This document shows, in pieces, positions 61,665 through 64,000 of a stretch of DNA of 64,000 nucleotides. Under the pieces are notes generated by a model. The model did not search any database, was not told the DNA's origin, and was given only the letters and a program-made list of their open reading frames with translations. The DNA lies in contig CAXBME010000014.1 of the NCBI GenBank assembly GCA_963976765.1, forward strand, positions 62,001 through 126,000, read 5' to 3'. A program made the translations under genes and the position numbers. Numbering within the stretch: position 1 is the stretch's first letter; every line of letters begins with the position of its first letter. Source of the DNA: an uncultured Planctomycetaceae bacterium. GTDB lineage: Bacteria; Planctomycetota; Planctomycetia; Planctomycetales; Planctomycetaceae.

Positions 61665-62927
61665 TTACTGCTGCGGCGCGACGGCTCGCGGCTGGCCGGG
61701 CTGTTCAGCTTCGAAGTGAGCATTCGAGACGGAAGCCGGACTGTTGGCCTCAACACCGTCTGTCCTCAGAATGCGTCCTTCCGTCGGAGCCTGGTGCTCG
61801 GATCGCGAAAAGATCGTACGCTCGGTGGGAAACGATTCGATGGTTGTGACGATGATCTTTCTCTGCTCGAACGGGCGTTGCCCTGGCACCTCAACCGTCA
61901 TATCCATCTGCCGCTGTACGCGGCTCATCAGTGGCAGACCGCTGGCACGATCGATCATGCAGGAACCGGTTATTTCGCCCTTCTTCAACGAGATCGACTG
62001 TCTGGCTGCCGTCTGCTGAATGGGGCCAAGCTGCGAAGCCTGAATCGGTTCGATCGTTCCCAGAATCATGATCCCGGCTCGATCACGCGTGAGACTGCTC
62101 AGAGTGTAGCCCGTTCGCATTTCCATCGGCAGCGGTCGCATGATCGTGCGGGTTTTCTGCCACTGCTGGTTTATCTCGACCGCCGTCTCCCGACCGGTGG
62201 CTTGAGGATCGTAGGGCAATAGACCGATGCTTTCGTCGACGAAATTCGCGAACCCCTCGTCTTCCTGAGTCGCCACGATTCGTGTGAGCAGGTCATGTTG
62301 TCGATACGGCGGTGCATGCCGAACACATCGCTTCAGAAATTCGTCGAAATCGAGAACCTCAATGATGCGATTGTCGGCGCCAATCCAGAAGCTGAAACTG
62401 TTTCCCGCCAGCCCGTGATAAACCTGCAACGCATCGGGGACAGACTGCGGAGCTGCCTGAGAGTCGTACTCGGTAATCTCCCCGAGAATCTCCTGCGTAT
62501 ATTTCACCCGCTGATATCGAACTCCCAGCTTTCGACGACCGGCGTCTTCTTCGTCGACTGTGATCGCAAACATCAGCGTCAGATTCGACCGACTCGTCAC
62601 CGGCCCGACTGACGATTCCTGCACCAGAGTCTGCTCGATCGTTTTCAACAGCGGAAAACGGTCGCCCACTCTCAATGAGAAGCTCAGATCTCCTTCCACA
62701 ACTTCATCGGCCCCGGAAACAGTTTCAGACTCAGGAGGCTTTACCTGCGCTGCCCCCTGACTCAGAAACGGATCTTCGCCGTTCGAGGCAACGGGAATCT
62801 CAGGAGCTTCTGCACCACCGCCAAGCAATCCGTTGAAGGAATCCTGCCCACAACCTGAAAGACCAATGCTGGCGATCAGAAATGTTGCTTTTATCGTCAT
62901 TGACAATTTACGAGTCCATTCTCGCAT
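61665..62927 (-). CDS. Lipoprotein, DUF6263-like
   Basis: LSG|C lipobox; 'LRVGDRFPLLKTIEQ', 'EYDS', 'QQWQKT', 'GSCMIDRASGLP'. Start may be 62900. Confidence 0.65.
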   Translation of the reverse strand: MREWTRKLSMTIKATFLIASIGLSGCGQDSFNGLLGGGAEAPEIPVASNGEDPFLSQGAAQVKPPESETVSGADEVVEGDLSFSLRVGDRFPLLKTIEQTLVQESSVGPVTSRSNLTLMFAITVDEEDAGRRKLGVRYQRVKYTQEILGEITEYDSQAAPQSVPDALQVYHGLAGNSFSFWIGADNRIIEVLDFDEFLKRCVRHAPPYRQHDLLTRIVATQEDEGFANFVDESIGLLPYDPQATGRETAVEINQQWQKTRTIMRPLPMEMRTGYTLSSLTRDRAGIMILGTIEPIQASQLGPIQQTAARQSISLKKGEITGSCMIDRASGLPLMSRVQRQMDMTVEVPGQRPFEQRKIIVTTIESFPTERTIFSRSEHQAPTEGRILRTDGVEANSPASVSNAHFEAEQPGQPRAVAPQQ

Positions 62928-62960
62928 CACTCTCAAGTCCTTTTGAGATGCAGGGAAGCC

Positions 62961-62987
62961 AACAGCTAACAGCTAACAGCTAACAGC
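62961..62987. repeat. Heptamer tandem repeat (AACAGCT)x3.9
   Basis: aacagct-aacagct-aacagct-aacagc, 34 bp upstream of the lipoprotein gene. Confidence 0.9.
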
Positions 62988-63266
62988 GCAGATCTTCGAC
63001 GTCGATCGCAATCCAGGAGAACGATATCAGTTCAGGAAAGATCGACAAACACCGGTTCCCGGTAGTTAATGTGCGGATACCGACCGCACCGCAATAGCTT
63101 CGACACGACGAATCCACAACTAACATGACGAGCCTGCAATTCTTTCCCGCCGGCTCGAGCAGACTTCACTCAACACCTGAGTTCAGAACCCAAACTCGTC
63201 CGGATTGCCAGGACTTATTCAAGCCTACTGTCATGCCACTCGAAAACGTCACTGCTTCGAAGCGAC

Positions 63267-63590
63267 TCAGTTACCGGGAGAATCCAGCGACACCTGAACT
63301 TCTCCATCCACCACGCGAGTTGTGAATGTGCGTGCGTTGAATTCCGGCCTCTCCTGATCCAGGTACCGGCCAGTCCGCAAGCAGAACTGCCAGTGATGAA
63401 TCCGACAACTGACAACGCTTCCTTCGAAGGTACCGTGCGCCAAAGAGGCCCCCGCATGCGGACACTCGTTGCTCACCGCCAGAAACTCGCCATCAACGTT
63501 AAAAAGTCCGATCATCTGCCCATCAACAATGATCATTCTCGACTCACCTGGCGGCACCCCATCAGCTGAGCACACTGGCACAAAAGTCAA
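63267..63590 (-). CDS. Rieske [2Fe-2S] ferredoxin
   Basis: NECPHAGASL and SCRIHHWQF..TG; probable TTG start at 63590. Confidence 0.9.
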   Translation of the reverse strand: MTFVPVCSADGVPPGESRMIIVDGQMIGLFNVDGEFLAVSNECPHAGASLAHGTFEGSVVSCRIHHWQFCLRTGRYLDQERPEFNARTFTTRVVDGEVQVSLDSPGN

Positions 63591-63692
63591 AACAAATATC
63601 CATGTCCAAAATCGCGACAAGAAACGGTCGCCAAAACAATCCCGGCGTCCCGGAGAATTTCAACATCGCGTCCTCTGACCAAATCCTTAAAC

Positions 63693-63727
63693 AAAAAGGA
63701 CGCAGCTCCATCAGGAACTGCGTCCTT
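63693..63727 (-). terminator. Intrinsic terminator for the minus-strand lipoprotein gene
   Basis: aaggacgcag...ctgcgtcctt stem with adjacent A5 (T5 on the minus strand). Confidence 0.75.
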
Positions 63728-63776
63728 CTGCTAGATCATAAACAGCAACGACCCCCATAGCACATCGACACACGCA

Positions 63777-63986
63777 CTAGGTCGGCGGTCCATCCAGGTC
63801 AGATCCATCACCCTGCGTTGTAACACTCTCCATTTCTTTCTCAAGCCGTTCCATTTCTGCCGGATCCGTCGGTGGCTCCGGCTCATCAGGATTGATGTTC
63901 TCAGCAACCCTCGTTGCTGGACCACACCCCTGGACAGGTACGATTAAAGTGAAAAACATCAGCGCATAAAAGATTCGACAAACCAT
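63777..63986 (-). CDS. Small acidic lipoprotein
   Basis: MVCRIFYALMFFTLIVPVQG|C followed by an acidic/Pro-rich tail; terminator downstream. Confidence 0.6.
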   Translation of the reverse strand: MVCRIFYALMFFTLIVPVQGCGPATRVAENINPDEPEPPTDPAEMERLEKEMESVTTQGDGSDLDGPPT

Positions 63987-64000
63987 GCCCAAATCTACCC

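Overview
A 64 kb window of bacterial chromosome, most likely from a planctomycete (DUF1501 protein, LEPRxLL-type surface protein, sulfatase, TIGR03009-like protein, TPR/ExbB pair, EF-Ts with an ESAPV motif). It carries about 46 CDS: a four-gene pseudopilin cassette bracketed by REP-like doublets; TPR plus ExbB; a fused 5-oxoprolinase/hydantoinase; PQQ-type propeller, hydrolase, sulfatase, suhB and moxR/DUF58 genes; a SpoIIE phosphatase; an envelope cluster (pseudo-SGNH, LolA-like/PASTA fusion, lipoprotein); a stand-alone NACHT-LRR (NLR-like) gene; the rpsB-tsf-pyrH-frr cluster; and a 1596-aa RTX/Calx-beta protein that pairs an apparently dead trypsin domain with an intact metzincin motif. The most interesting region is 37.9-47.2 kb. 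It looks like a self-contained O2-sensing regulon: a globin-coupled kinase, a REC-PAS-PAS kinase and a sigma54 enhancer-binding regulator sit among two USPs, cardiolipin synthase, a VIT1 transporter and a small membrane protein. Three -24/-12 promoters and a candidate shared enhancer motif are readable directly in the DNA. I found no rRNA, tRNA, CRISPR array, integrase or transposase. All family assignments come from motif recognition by eye, not from database searches.
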